Assembly: GCA_043745805.1 (NCBI GenBank)
Contig: JAYTSD010000043.1
Location: forward strand, 1 to 64,000
Source: Fibrobacteria bacterium
GTDB taxonomy: Bacteria; Fibrobacterota; Fibrobacteria; UBA11236
Direction of reading: 5' to 3'
DNA: 64,000 nucleotides
A program made the position numbers and the translations under genes. Position 1 is the first letter of the stretch. The number at the start of each line of letters is the position of its first letter. Below the pieces are notes generated by a model. The model saw only the letters and a list, made by a program, of their open reading frames with translations. It ran no database searches and was not told the origin of the DNA. Of this stretch, positions 37,667 to 47,626 are shown one piece after another.

Positions 37667-39088
37667 CTAAGAGTTAATTATTTCGGAATCGGTTTTTAAT
37701 ATTCTGAAATTAGCCATAGATATCCCAAGTACAAATCCCCACAGAATAGCGCATTGATGCCATAGCCAAGCATCTGAAAAAGCCATTGAAAAGGTGATGT
37801 ATACATGCACTAACAATATTCCTATAGAAATATTTTTCTCCTCGGCGGTATTTGAAAGGTTAAGGGATTTAAATGACACTCTTAGCGAAAAAAAGATTAG
37901 CAATAAAAACCCTACCATACCGATAATCCCCGTTTCCGTTAAGACAGCTAAATAGGTAATATGCGGACTTAGGTTTTCAACAAATGCTTTAAAAAGGAGT
38001 TTCGGTAGAAAATTGTATCTAATGGAATCGAATCCGAATGAATAGGCTCCAATTCCGATTATGGGGTGTTTAATAAAACCGTTCACTGCCGTAACCCATA
38101 TCATCAGTCTTGTACCCAGAGTATTGCTGGTTAATCCAGTTGTACCGGATCCGCTCTTTGGGTGCTCGGTTTTATGCATAGAAACTAATTCTGTATGTCG
38201 TTTAAATGAATCGGGCTTAGCAACAAAAAGAACGCCGATTAATGCTACAAAAATGACGACAATCGTTAAGATTTTTTTGACCAAAGTGAATCGAGGAATG
38301 CAAAGCGTTTTTGGAAAAAACCAGGAATAAGTTACAACTACCGCTAATGTCAGGAACAGAGATATAAGTGTGTTTCTTGTTTGCGTAAGAATGAGAGCAA
38401 TTGATATCACGCTAAGTAGAAGCATTTTTCCGATTTTGTTTTTTTCTTGAGAAAAAAGAAATTTGGACAACAAAATCAAAATTGCAACACACGCAAAATC
38501 TACGAAGACTACACCAGTAAAACCAAAAACCCTTTCATGTGTAGAGTGGGCTTGCCAAAATATTTGCAAAGAGTTGAGAAAGGCCCAAAATAAGAAAATC
38601 TTAGTTATGGACTTAATCTGGACATCCGTTTTAATAATTCCCGCAATTAGCTCCAGCAACAGGAATACTGCAATAATATTAAAGGAGAGGAAAATACTTC
38701 GAAGTTGATTCGAGGAGTTAATGAAAGAGGGAATAATTGAAATGAGATAGATGAAAAAAAATATCCTTATCGGGTTAGGCCCGAATAGGGGCGCTCCATT
38801 TTTATTTATTAAGCTGGAAATCAAAATTAAAAAAGGCGCATAAACAGCTAAATGGTTACCTAGGCCGTAAAAATGAAGGCTCATGATGGTTATAGTGAAG
38901 GCTATTGCCCAATGAGCTCGAAGCACTAATAAGGGTAGGGTAAAGAGAATGCATCCTAAGATTAAGCCTTTGGGACTCAAAACCTCAGAGGGCATTAAAA
39001 TACAGAATAAGGGAACAAGAATAATGATGGCTGCGAATTTATAATAAGCAGCTCGATTCATTATGTTGAAAGCGGAAATTCTAAACAC
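37667..39088 (-). CDS. O-antigen ligase/polymerase (Wzy_C) family protein
   Basis: LTQTRN, RLMIW..A...F.KHPIIGIG, HITYLAVLTETGIIG. Start may be ATG at 39061. Confidence 0.8.
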   Translation of the reverse strand: MFRISAFNIMNRAAYYKFAAIIILVPLFCILMPSEVLSPKGLILGCILFTLPLLVLRAHWAIAFTITIMSLHFYGLGNHLAVYAPFLILISSLINKNGAPLFGPNPIRIFFFIYLISIIPSFINSSNQLRSIFLSFNIIAVFLLLELIAGIIKTDVQIKSITKIFLFWAFLNSLQIFWQAHSTHERVFGFTGVVFVDFACVAILILLSKFLFSQEKNKIGKMLLLSVISIALILTQTRNTLISLFLTLAVVVTYSWFFPKTLCIPRFTLVKKILTIVVIFVALIGVLFVAKPDSFKRHTELVSMHKTEHPKSGSGTTGLTSNTLGTRLMIWVTAVNGFIKHPIIGIGAYSFGFDSIRYNFLPKLLFKAFVENLSPHITYLAVLTETGIIGMVGFLLLIFFSLRVSFKSLNLSNTAEEKNISIGILLVHVYITFSMAFSDAWLWHQCAILWGFVLGISMANFRILKTDSEIINS

Positions 39089-40253
39089 GCTTATTAAAAA
39101 TTTCTTTCTTAATTTGTAAGAATTTCGGGTTGTTAATTTTAGATAAAATTTCTCTAAATACTATCTGCAAGAAAACCAGAATAGTTAAAAATAAAGCAAT
39201 TAATATCGCAGTAACCGTTCTTTGGGGAGATGTTCTTTTAATGGGAGGTATAGCCTTATCGATCACATTTAAAACGGGTGTCATTTTTTGCTCATTGAAC
39301 TTCGCTTGTTCAAAAATGGGAATAATGTATTCCAACATAGTGCCGTACATTTGTACATCACGGTACAATCGATAATATTCCAACATGGATTTTGGAATAG
39401 AATCTAAAGGTAGCCGATTTAGATTAGATGTTCTGGTATTTTTGAATTCATCTAGATTACGATGTAATTCTTGCGAAATGACTTGAGCTTTTTTAAATTC
39501 ATTTGATTGCTCCCCAAGTAATTCTTTACTGATGTGAACTTCGAGATCTTTTTTTCTCATTTCTGATTCAATAGTTGATAATCTTTCGATTAATTTTGTG
39601 GTTTGAGTTTTCGCTTCAATCACCCCACTTTTTTCTTGGTAGTCCTTTAAAATCTCTTCTGATTTTTTAAGAGAATCTTTAATTGCATCCACCCTCTTTT
39701 CTAAAAAAATCCGATCATTTTTAGATTTCGTAATATTAATTTCGATCACTTTTTCATTCAGATATTGAACGAGATAATTCGCTATATCGCTTGCAAGTTG
39801 TGGGGATCTAAATTTTGCAGATATCGTATAAGCATTATCAAAATTGACATCGGTGTTAATCAACTTGCGTAAAGCTTTAACGCCGACTTCCTGATTTTTG
39901 AATTTATATAATTTCATTAAATCATATTTTAAAATCACATTCTCCATGCTGGTGCGGCTATAAAGTACCGTATTGTAAAGAGCAAACTCGGCATCGTTTC
40001 CAATTTCGCCGGTAATGCTTGGCAATACACCCGAAAATTTCCCTGCAAGAGACATTAAGCCACTCATGGGATTATTTCCTCCGGAGGAAATAATTGTCGC
40101 CGTAGCGGTATATTCTGGTTTTACAAAAAATAATATTGAGAGGTATGCGGTTATGAGAGTAGAAATAAAAATAAGCGCTAGACGTCTTTTATTACTAACC
40201 ATTAGGAGTAAAAGGTCCATTAATTCGATTTCATTTTTTTCTTTGTCGTTCAT
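39081..40253 (-). CDS. Wzz/GumC-like chain-length determinant
   Basis: Two terminal TM helices, YTATATI, coiled coil, VIDKAIPP.KRTSP; no kinase domain. Confidence 0.85.
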   Translation of the reverse strand: MNDKEKNEIELMDLLLLMVSNKRRLALIFISTLITAYLSILFFVKPEYTATATIISSGGNNPMSGLMSLAGKFSGVLPSITGEIGNDAEFALYNTVLYSRTSMENVILKYDLMKLYKFKNQEVGVKALRKLINTDVNFDNAYTISAKFRSPQLASDIANYLVQYLNEKVIEINITKSKNDRIFLEKRVDAIKDSLKKSEEILKDYQEKSGVIEAKTQTTKLIERLSTIESEMRKKDLEVHISKELLGEQSNEFKKAQVISQELHRNLDEFKNTRTSNLNRLPLDSIPKSMLEYYRLYRDVQMYGTMLEYIIPIFEQAKFNEQKMTPVLNVIDKAIPPIKRTSPQRTVTAILIALFLTILVFLQIVFREILSKINNPKFLQIKKEIFNKRV

Positions 40254-40318
40254 ATTTCCTTATTTAATAATAATTTGTGAAGAGCTGGGTATAGATTAAC
40301 CCATTACTTCAGGTTAGC

Positions 40319-41329
40319 TCACTTCAAAACACCCAAAACTTCTTCCGACTTTTTTCGATCGCCTTGATTGTAGTAAATCGCAGCCACATTCTCTATACCT
40401 GTTTTGCCGGATATACTTCCCAGTTCATAAGCTGCCTTAAACTCCTCCAAGGCCTTATCATACCTTTGTTGCCCAAAAAAAATCATGCCGCGCTTTAAAT
40501 AAACTTCCGGTTTTTTTACTCCAGCACGAATGGCTTGCTCAAGGGTCAGTAAAGATAAGAACTCTGCATGATCTTTTTCCTGTAAATTTGCGATGCGCAT
40601 ATAATATTCACTATGCTTAGGCTCCAAGGACAAGCCTTCTTCATAGGAGCGCAAGGCTTTGCGGGTATTTCCATCCAATTCATAAAGCTGGCCTAAATAA
40701 AAATAGGCGCTGGCGGGGGCATTACGGGTTAGCAGAATTGCATCCTGCATGGTTTTTTCGGCACTGGGATAATCTTGGGTTTGCGTATAGGCTTCGGCCA
40801 TAGCGAAATAAATATCCACTTGATCGGGTTCTTGTTTTAAGGCAGCATCGAATTGCTTTAAAGCTTCAATGGGATCGCCGGCTTTTAAGGCACATTCACC
40901 AAGCATTTGATAAGCATGCAAACTTGGACCATCAATTTCCAAAACGCGGCGATAACAGGGCATCGCATCGCCCACGGCACCTAGAGTAAAGTACACATCG
41001 CCCAACACTTGCCATGCGCGCGAAAAGGAAGGAGCTTCTTCTAAGCTACGACGATAGGCCACAATAGCTTTTTGATAGGACTTTATTTGAATATCGCAAT
41101 TGCCCAAATTAAACCAAGCAAAGGCGCGATTTTGCGGCTCCTTTAAGGCGAGCTTATATTTTTCTGCCGCGCCAATGTAATCCCCTTTTTCATAAAGTTG
41201 ATTGCCTAATACCAAAGCATTTTGTGGAGTAGCTACAATAGGAGTCGCCGCTTGATCTGCGCAAACCGAATAGGTGTTTATGCCGATTAATAGTAGAATA
41301 GTTACTACAATATTATTAAGGATGATCAA
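40319..41329 (-). CDS. Secreted tetratricopeptide repeat protein
   Basis: Signal peptide and multiple TPRs (AWFNLG, AWQVLG, AYFYLG). Confidence 0.85.
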   Translation of the reverse strand: MIILNNIVVTILLLIGINTYSVCADQAATPIVATPQNALVLGNQLYEKGDYIGAAEKYKLALKEPQNRAFAWFNLGNCDIQIKSYQKAIVAYRRSLEEAPSFSRAWQVLGDVYFTLGAVGDAMPCYRRVLEIDGPSLHAYQMLGECALKAGDPIEALKQFDAALKQEPDQVDIYFAMAEAYTQTQDYPSAEKTMQDAILLTRNAPASAYFYLGQLYELDGNTRKALRSYEEGLSLEPKHSEYYMRIANLQEKDHAEFLSLLTLEQAIRAGVKKPEVYLKRGMIFFGQQRYDKALEEFKAAYELGSISGKTGIENVAAIYYNQGDRKKSEEVLGVLK

Positions 41330-41996
41330 AACTGAATCGCCTTTTGAAATGTTGTCTTACCGCTACTTTTTGCAAAGTGGCGGGTTTAAATTTTAATTTT
41401 TTAGCGCTTTCAATAGCTTTGGCTCCAAAACCGTATCCGATAGGCTCTTCTTTGAGCACCGTGATTTGCTCGACATTACCACTTTCATTTACAATAAAAG
41501 TTAAATCGACGTACCCAGAAATTCCTTCCCTTTCTGCTCGCGAAGGAAACTCTAATTTTGGATCGGCACCAATCATTCTCGCATCCGTATCCGTTTGGCC
41601 TGGCTCGTAGGTAACATTGCCATTACCTTCTCCCACACCATTGCCGGTTCCTGAACCCAAAGGCCCGGTGCGATTTCCTCCTGAAACTAAAGCTTGGCCT
41701 TCACCGCCTGCAGGACTTAAATCAATTTTTAAACCGCCACCCACACGGCCTACAGGTCTGGGCGAACCTAAATTTTGCGGGGACAAGATTTGTTGATGTA
41801 TTTCTTGAATTTCTTTTTTCACCAATTTTTCGGGTTCAGGATTATTGAATACTAATTCACGAATCACTTCTTTGGGTTTGGCATTTTGTTGCTGTTTTCT
41901 CTGCATAATTAATTGCATGCCCGGCACCAATAAATAAAGGCATAGATTAAGTATCAATGCCAAAATAAACAGGATGCTATACTTTAAAAAATTCAT
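41316..41996 (-). CDS. tonB: Energy transducer TonB
   Basis: N-terminal TM helix; FPSRAEREGISGYVDLTFIVNESGNV...KLKFKPA. Confidence 0.88.
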   Translation of the reverse strand: MNFLKYSILFILALILNLCLYLLVPGMQLIMQRKQQQNAKPKEVIRELVFNNPEPEKLVKKEIQEIHQQILSPQNLGSPRPVGRVGGGLKIDLSPAGGEGQALVSGGNRTGPLGSGTGNGVGEGNGNVTYEPGQTDTDARMIGADPKLEFPSRAEREGISGYVDLTFIVNESGNVEQITVLKEEPIGYGFGAKAIESAKKLKFKPATLQKVAVRQHFKRRFSFDHP

Positions 41997-42409
41997 GGTT
42001 TAAGGGTTGAAATGCTAACTTTCTTCACATCGGCTGCATTGCAAGCATCGAGCACTTCCACCGCTTTGGCAATAGAGGCATCGCGATCGGCCACAATCAC
42101 CACAGCACGATTGGGTTCTTGTGCCATATAATGTTTGAGTACGGTGGCTAAAGTTTTCAGGCTAACAGGGCTTTCATTAATGTGTACACTACCTTCTTTG
42201 GTTACCCCAATGAGCAAAGGTTGTTTGCTTAAAGATTTGGCGCTACTCGCTTTGGGCTTATTAATATCAATGCCCATTTCCTTGGTGAAGCTACTGGTTA
42301 ACACAAAAAATACCAAAAGAAAAAACAACATATCGATCATGTTAATCAAATTAAGCTCGGTAGTACGCCTTACTTTTTTCTTCAGCCCAAATTCATTCCA
42401 GCTGCTCAC
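41993..42409 (-). CDS. exbD: ExbD/TolR
   Basis: NLINMIDMLFFLLVFFVLTSSF, VIVADR. Confidence 0.9.
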   Translation of the reverse strand: MSSWNEFGLKKKVRRTTELNLINMIDMLFFLLVFFVLTSSFTKEMGIDINKPKASSAKSLSKQPLLIGVTKEGSVHINESPVSLKTLATVLKHYMAQEPNRAVVIVADRDASIAKAVEVLDACNAADVKKVSISTLKP

Positions 42410-43038
42410 ACAGCCTCCTTACGGAAAATTTTAATTAAGCGCGTGGCGCCGGCAATGCAATTATTTTCAATTTCATCGGCGCGATTATGCAAATAATTAT
42501 GCCCGAGAATTAAAGGGAATGCAACGACTAAACCCGCTTCGGTACTCATTAAAGCTTTGGCAATACCACCCGCCATCATGGCCGGATTGCCTGCGCCATA
42601 AAGCGTGATCACATGAAAGGTAGCCATAATACCCGATACCGTTCCGAGCAAGCCTAGCAAGGGTGCGGAAGCCGCAAGTATGGAAAGCGTAGGTAAATGT
42701 TTTTGCAGTTTGGGAATAGTACCTTGCAAATTTTCTTGCGTTTTTTCCACCATAGCTTTTACATCGCGATCAGAAACATGCATAATATCTTCCGCAATAT
42801 TTTTGAAAGGGCCGCGTAAATATTTTCCTGCTTTTAAATAAGTTTTCATTTCTTGCGCATTACTCGGTGCTGCATTCCAAAACTTTTCCGCAGGGAAGCG
42901 CATGCGTCGCAAAGTCCACCAACGTTCCAGAATAAAAAACCAACCGGCTTGAGCCACTAAAAAAATGGCGATCATGACCCATCCTCCTTGTGTGAGGATG
43001 ATCCAAAGATCTTGTGCAATGCCCGAAACATTTTCCAC
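42406..43038 (-). CDS. exbB: MotA/TolQ/ExbB proton channel
   Basis: APLLGLLGTVSGI, AGGIAKALMSTEAGL. Confidence 0.9.
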   Translation of the reverse strand: MENVSGIAQDLWIILTQGGWVMIAIFLVAQAGWFFILERWWTLRRMRFPAEKFWNAAPSNAQEMKTYLKAGKYLRGPFKNIAEDIMHVSDRDVKAMVEKTQENLQGTIPKLQKHLPTLSILAASAPLLGLLGTVSGIMATFHVITLYGAGNPAMMAGGIAKALMSTEAGLVVAFPLILGHNYLHNRADEIENNCIAGATRLIKIFRKEAV

Positions 43039-43058
43039 TTAAAAAATCCTATTAACCT

Positions 43059-44597
43059 TTAACCCTTGGGCCATAATAGATTAAGGGTTTTCATGGCATA
43101 AAATTCCATGTCGCCTACAATATCATCCACACGATTGGCCAAGTAATTGTGCAGTAGCATTACCGGAATCGCAATGAGAATACCCGTTTCCGTGGAAATC
43201 AAGGCCTCGCCAATACCACCGGCCAATAATTTGGGATCGTTCACACCATGTTGTGTAATACTCTCAAACATACGTATCAAACCGGCTACCGTTCCTAAAA
43301 GGCCTAGCAATGGAGCGGCGGCGGAGAGTACCGAAAGTGTTGTTAAATGCTTTTCTAATTTAGGGACTTCGCTTAACAGGTATTCTTGTAAATCTTTTTC
43401 TGCCAATTCGCGGCTTTTGCCGGAGGCTTGAGCGGTAATTTTAATCATGTTTAAAACCGAGTTGCCGGATTGTTGATCACATACCGCAATAACTTGTTTC
43501 GTGCCATTTTTCTCTAATTCTTCCATGGCTTTGGCAACTAGCGTAGAGCCTTTGCGTCGGCGAGAAAGATTCCATAATTTGCGTAGAGTTAAGAATAGGG
43601 CGGCGAGTGCGGTACCCAAAAGAGGAATCATAAAAATTCCGCCGGTTTTGATATTCTCTTTAATTTTTACCGCAAAGGACTTTTCTTCGGCTTTGGTATA
43701 GGTTTTCCCTTGGCTTTGATTGAGTAGAATATCTAAAGGGATGGTAACTGCTTCGTTACTTCCGTTTTCCAATTTTTGCAAACCATTTGCTAAAGACGAG
43801 ATGGCTTCCACGGGAAGGTCTTCATGCCATTCATAAGGGGCGGCTAAACTGCTGGAGGAATTTTTTAATAATAATCCCACACGTCCGGTTTTACCATCGC
43901 GATAAGCAGAGGCCACCGTACCAATACGTAAGAGTAAGCCTTCGCCTGGCGTTTTGTCGGCCATTAAAAAGCCGCGTCTTTGCCATTGTACTTCGCGTGT
44001 TAGGGCGATTTCACTAAGTTGTAATTTTACTAATGCATCTACTATTTCAGCCGGAGCGTCTTTTTTGTTTTCGGCATCTTTGCTAACTTGATTAAAGCGC
44101 GCTAAGCGTTCAGGAATTTGTACCGGAAAGGATTTTTCCAATTGTCCCGAATTTTCTTTGGTTTTATCGGTAAGTAATACGCCCAAAGCGGAAAACTGCG
44201 CTTTAGCATTTTCCATTTGCGCTTCGGTTTCTTCGGCTTCCTTCAAATAGTTTTGCAACTCTTCATGCAAGCGTTCGGTCTGAGCATTTTTGGTTTCGAG
44301 TTGAGTTTTTAATTCATCATAACTTTGATAAAACTTTTCACGGGCTTCCGCGTCTTGTTTTTTGTCTTCCCAACGTTTGGCAATCACTTTATCGCGCGCT
44401 TGCTTGGCATTTTCTAATTCAATTTTAAGCGCTTCTAAGCGATCCGCTTTTTCATCTACATTGACTTGCGCAGGAGTGGCGACCCATAAGGAGGAAATGG
44501 TAAATCCAGCCACAAACAAAAAAGATGACCAGAATTTACTTGCCCCAAAATTTTTTGCATTAATCGGTTTCAAACTTTTATTCAAAGTCAAATTCAT
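43059..44597 (-). CDS. TtpC-like extended MotA/TolQ/ExbB protein
   Basis: Signal peptide, long periplasmic coiled coil, then APLLGLLGTV and GDPK-like AGGIGEAL. Confidence 0.85.
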   Translation of the reverse strand: MNLTLNKSLKPINAKNFGASKFWSSFLFVAGFTISSLWVATPAQVNVDEKADRLEALKIELENAKQARDKVIAKRWEDKKQDAEAREKFYQSYDELKTQLETKNAQTERLHEELQNYLKEAEETEAQMENAKAQFSALGVLLTDKTKENSGQLEKSFPVQIPERLARFNQVSKDAENKKDAPAEIVDALVKLQLSEIALTREVQWQRRGFLMADKTPGEGLLLRIGTVASAYRDGKTGRVGLLLKNSSSSLAAPYEWHEDLPVEAISSLANGLQKLENGSNEAVTIPLDILLNQSQGKTYTKAEEKSFAVKIKENIKTGGIFMIPLLGTALAALFLTLRKLWNLSRRRKGSTLVAKAMEELEKNGTKQVIAVCDQQSGNSVLNMIKITAQASGKSRELAEKDLQEYLLSEVPKLEKHLTTLSVLSAAAPLLGLLGTVAGLIRMFESITQHGVNDPKLLAGGIGEALISTETGILIAIPVMLLHNYLANRVDDIVGDMEFYAMKTLNLLWPKG

Positions 44598-45442
44598 TTA
44601 GTGACCTCTTTCAATTCCAAGGCTTGAATAGGTAACTTCACGAGTTCAGGAGCAACTTTTCCTTCGGCTACTTTGATGGCATTTTGTAAGGACGGTCGAA
44701 TTTCCAGCGCAAGGTCTTGGTCTTTCCAAATATATTCGCCTTCTTTACTATGCGTTAAAAAAGCGGTGAGTTTTTCATCGGCACTTATAAAGCCTAAGAA
44801 GGCCGAACCTAAGCGAATATAGGAACCTTCAATAGTTTGACTATTCGTAGCATGGTAGTTACCGGTATAAATTTCACTATCATAAGCAAAGTCTAAGGCG
44901 GATTGCAGGCCGGTGAATAAACGATTTAAACCTTCTTCGGGAGTTAAATTGCCTTTTTCTAAGGCATTGGCTAAGTCCTCCCATTCGGCTAAGCGCTTTT
45001 CTTTTTGATAGGGGAAGTCTTTGGCGAAATAACTTTGCAAGGTGCGAGCTTGCTCGGCGAGAGCTTTTACAAAATCTTTTTGTTTATTTTGATATAGTAC
45101 AATTTGGTTTTTGAAATTGGCTTTTTGTTGCTTCGCTCTTTCCACCAATTTATGTAGGCTATCGCTACGCGATTCACTTTGCTTAATCTGTTCTTGCAAA
45201 GCTTTTGTTTTCAAGTTTTTTTCGATGTCAAAATCGGCCGCGCGTTTACGTTCGGTTTTGTGCAAATCTTTTTCGCGTTCAATTTCTTTTTCCACACGAT
45301 CCATATCGCGTTGCACAGAAGGCAAACTTTCCTGTGCATGAATATTGCCGGCCATCAAAAGCCATGTGTAAATAGTGAAGCCAATTATTTTTCTAGTCAA
45401 AAGGAAAACTCCATGCTCCGGTTTAACGGGAATAAGGTACAA
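44594..45442 (-). CDS. DUF3450-family periplasmic coiled-coil protein
   Basis: Coiled coil, DFPY..EKR, YIRLG, KVAEGKVAPELVKLP; first gene of the TtpC-type cluster. Confidence 0.75.
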   Translation of the reverse strand: MYLIPVKPEHGVFLLTRKIIGFTIYTWLLMAGNIHAQESLPSVQRDMDRVEKEIEREKDLHKTERKRAADFDIEKNLKTKALQEQIKQSESRSDSLHKLVERAKQQKANFKNQIVLYQNKQKDFVKALAEQARTLQSYFAKDFPYQKEKRLAEWEDLANALEKGNLTPEEGLNRLFTGLQSALDFAYDSEIYTGNYHATNSQTIEGSYIRLGSAFLGFISADEKLTAFLTHSKEGEYIWKDQDLALEIRPSLQNAIKVAEGKVAPELVKLPIQALELKEVTK

Positions 45443-45493
45443 AAAGCCTTTCCAAGAGAAAATGCTAAATAGTCCTAATTCGGTTTTTTGGGT

Positions 45494-45688
45494 TTAAGGT
45501 TTGGGAGAGTATTTTGCTTCTTCTTGAGTAAAGCGCAATAAATTTTCTAAGTCGGGATAGCAGCCTCCGCAACCCGTGCAAGCTCTGGTTTTGGCACTGA
45601 TTTCATCGACGGTTTTACAGCCTTCGGCAATTGCTTGCAGTACCTTGTCCTTTTCCACGCGAAAGCAATAACAAATTAATTCTGGCAT
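45494..45688 (-). CDS. Bfd-like [2Fe-2S]-binding protein
   Basis: ICYC...ACTGCGGC; 64 aa. Confidence 0.85.
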   Translation of the reverse strand: MPELICYCFRVEKDKVLQAIAEGCKTVDEISAKTRACTGCGGCYPDLENLLRFTQEEAKYSPKP

Positions 45689-45837
45689 GCTGGGGTCGTT
45701 TTAGGGAATGAGCTAGGGGTTGATAAGGGTTGACGGAGTGGTTGATTTCATTTGGGGGTCAATAATACAAAGATTTACTAAATAAACCTCCATTGTTATC
45801 AGCAGGTCGATCAATTAGGGGTTGCGCAGGCTGCAAT

Positions 45838-45864
45838 AAAAAAAGGCGGTGTTGCTACCGCCTT
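45838..45864 (-). terminator. Rho-independent terminator of amtB
   Basis: AAGGCGGT-GTTGCT-ACCGCCTT stem followed by a T run on the minus strand. Confidence 0.75.
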
Positions 45865-45886
45865 GAAATAACACTTTAAATGGGAT

Positions 45887-47380
45887 TTAATTTTCGTCTA
45901 AATGATAGGCGACTTCACCATGTTCTGTGATATCCAAACCTTGTAATTCGGAATCAGCTGCAGGACGTAAGCCCACAATAGCTTTTACAATATAGGCAAG
46001 TACAATAGTTCCTACTACGGCCATCGCAATAGTAACAGCCATGGCTTTAAGTTGTTCTAGCCATAAGGTTTTACCAATAATGCTTGCCAAGTTTGTGCTA
46101 AGATTTGCATTCACATCAGTGGTGGCTAAAATACCGGTGAGCAAAGCGCCCATGGTTCCGCCTACACCATGCACACCAAAGGTATCTAAGGCATCGTCAT
46201 ATTTTAACCAGCCTTTGAGTTTGGTACAAGCGAAGTACGGGACGACGCCAGCGAGTACACCGATGATAATGGCACCAGAAGCATTCACAAATCCAGTGGC
46301 GGGTGTAATGACTACTAAACCTGCTACTGCACCCGAGCAAAAACCAAGTATGGTTGGTTTTCCGCTAATCATCCATTCTAACAAAGGCCATACGGTACAG
46401 GCTACTGCGGTTGCTAAGGTTGTAGTCATAAAAGCATTTGCAGCTACACCATCAGCTGCCACAGCCGAACCTGCATTGAAGCCATACCAGCCTACCCAGA
46501 GCATACCGGTACCAACCATGGTCAATACTAAACTATGGGGCGCGAAATTCTTCGTACCAAAACCTACGCGTTTCCCGAGTATGAGGCAAAGTACCAAGGC
46601 AGACCAACCGGAAGACATATGCACAACCGTACCCCCTGCAAAGTCAATAGCTTTGATTTTAGCTGCGGCATTCCATACACCGTTCATGTAACCGTCAATA
46701 CCCCATACCATGTGTGCTAAAGGGAAATAAACAATTAACATCCAGCCCGCGATGAAAAGCATGATGGCGCTAAACTTCATGCGTTCGGCAATGGCACCAA
46801 TAATTAATGCGGGGGTGATGATGGCGAACATCAATTGATACATGGAAAACACATTTTGCGAAACCCAATAAGCATAGTTGCTATTCGGCGCTGAGGTTAC
46901 CCCTTTTAAAAAGGCAAAATGTAAACCACCGAGGAAAGGGGAGCCTGCATCAAATACAAAGCTATAGCCAAAGGCCCACCAAAGTATCGTGACCAAGCCG
47001 GCGCAGCCTAAGCATTGGGCTAGAACCGAGAGCACATTTTTGGTCCTGACTAATCCACCGTAGAATAAAGCCAAACCCGGCAAGGTCATAAAAAGCACCA
47101 AGGCCGCACAAATCATCATAAAGCCATTATGACCAGGGCCTGAAGTAATAAGGTTTTTAGGAGCGCCGTTATTGATATAGGCTTCTAAATCAGCAATGCG
47201 TTGTAAGGTTGCTGAGTCAACAGTTGCTGGCGCTGTAACAGCCGCTGCGGGTGCAGCAATAGCGGCGACAGAATCCATGGCGGCCGCAGGAGTCGTTTCT
47301 GCAAAACTGGCGCTAAATAGCATGCAGAGCATTGCGCCGAGGAATAACGAAATAAAACGAATTCGCCTATGTTTGGTCAT
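45887..47380 (-). CDS. amtB: Ammonium transporter
   Basis: PGLALFYGG, DFAGGTVVH, GWYGFNAGS, DDALDTFGVH (twin His intact). Confidence 0.96.
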   Translation of the reverse strand: MTKHRRIRFISLFLGAMLCMLFSASFAETTPAAAMDSVAAIAAPAAAVTAPATVDSATLQRIADLEAYINNGAPKNLITSGPGHNGFMMICAALVLFMTLPGLALFYGGLVRTKNVLSVLAQCLGCAGLVTILWWAFGYSFVFDAGSPFLGGLHFAFLKGVTSAPNSNYAYWVSQNVFSMYQLMFAIITPALIIGAIAERMKFSAIMLFIAGWMLIVYFPLAHMVWGIDGYMNGVWNAAAKIKAIDFAGGTVVHMSSGWSALVLCLILGKRVGFGTKNFAPHSLVLTMVGTGMLWVGWYGFNAGSAVAADGVAANAFMTTTLATAVACTVWPLLEWMISGKPTILGFCSGAVAGLVVITPATGFVNASGAIIIGVLAGVVPYFACTKLKGWLKYDDALDTFGVHGVGGTMGALLTGILATTDVNANLSTNLASIIGKTLWLEQLKAMAVTIAMAVVGTIVLAYIVKAIVGLRPAADSELQGLDITEHGEVAYHLDEN

Positions 47381-47448
47381 AACTAAAATCCTTTTTTGGT
47401 GGTTGTTTACCCATTCCCGGAGAAAGCTGGGTTTTGTTAAAGAGATTA

Positions 47449-47464
47449 AGCATTGACTGTGCCA
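47449..47464 (-). promoter_or_regulatory. sigma-54 -24/-12 promoter of amtB
   Basis: Minus strand TGGCACAGTCAATGCT (GG-N10-GC). Confidence 0.75.
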
Positions 47465-47528
47465 ATCGGAAAATCAGTTAAAAAATCAGAATTTGGAAAA
47501 TAAACGCTTATATTGGCAGTATTTATAA

Positions 47529-47550
47529 TGACAATTGTTAATAAATGTAA
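47529..47550. promoter_or_regulatory. Candidate activator site TGACA-N12-TGTAA
   Basis: One-mismatch copy of the motif at 53566 and 58568. Confidence 0.5.
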
Positions 47551-47626
47551 ATAATTGGCTTTTTATTGTGACAAAATAAAGTATTGACTGACAATTTGTT
47601 TGTGGGAGAGAAAATATAGCGGAGCT

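Noticed and set aside
46041-46691. 216-aa ORF antisense to amtB, and the many similar antisense ORFs in mfd, urt, ure and exb genes
   Set aside because: They are shadow ORFs opposite well-supported genes and carry no motifs.
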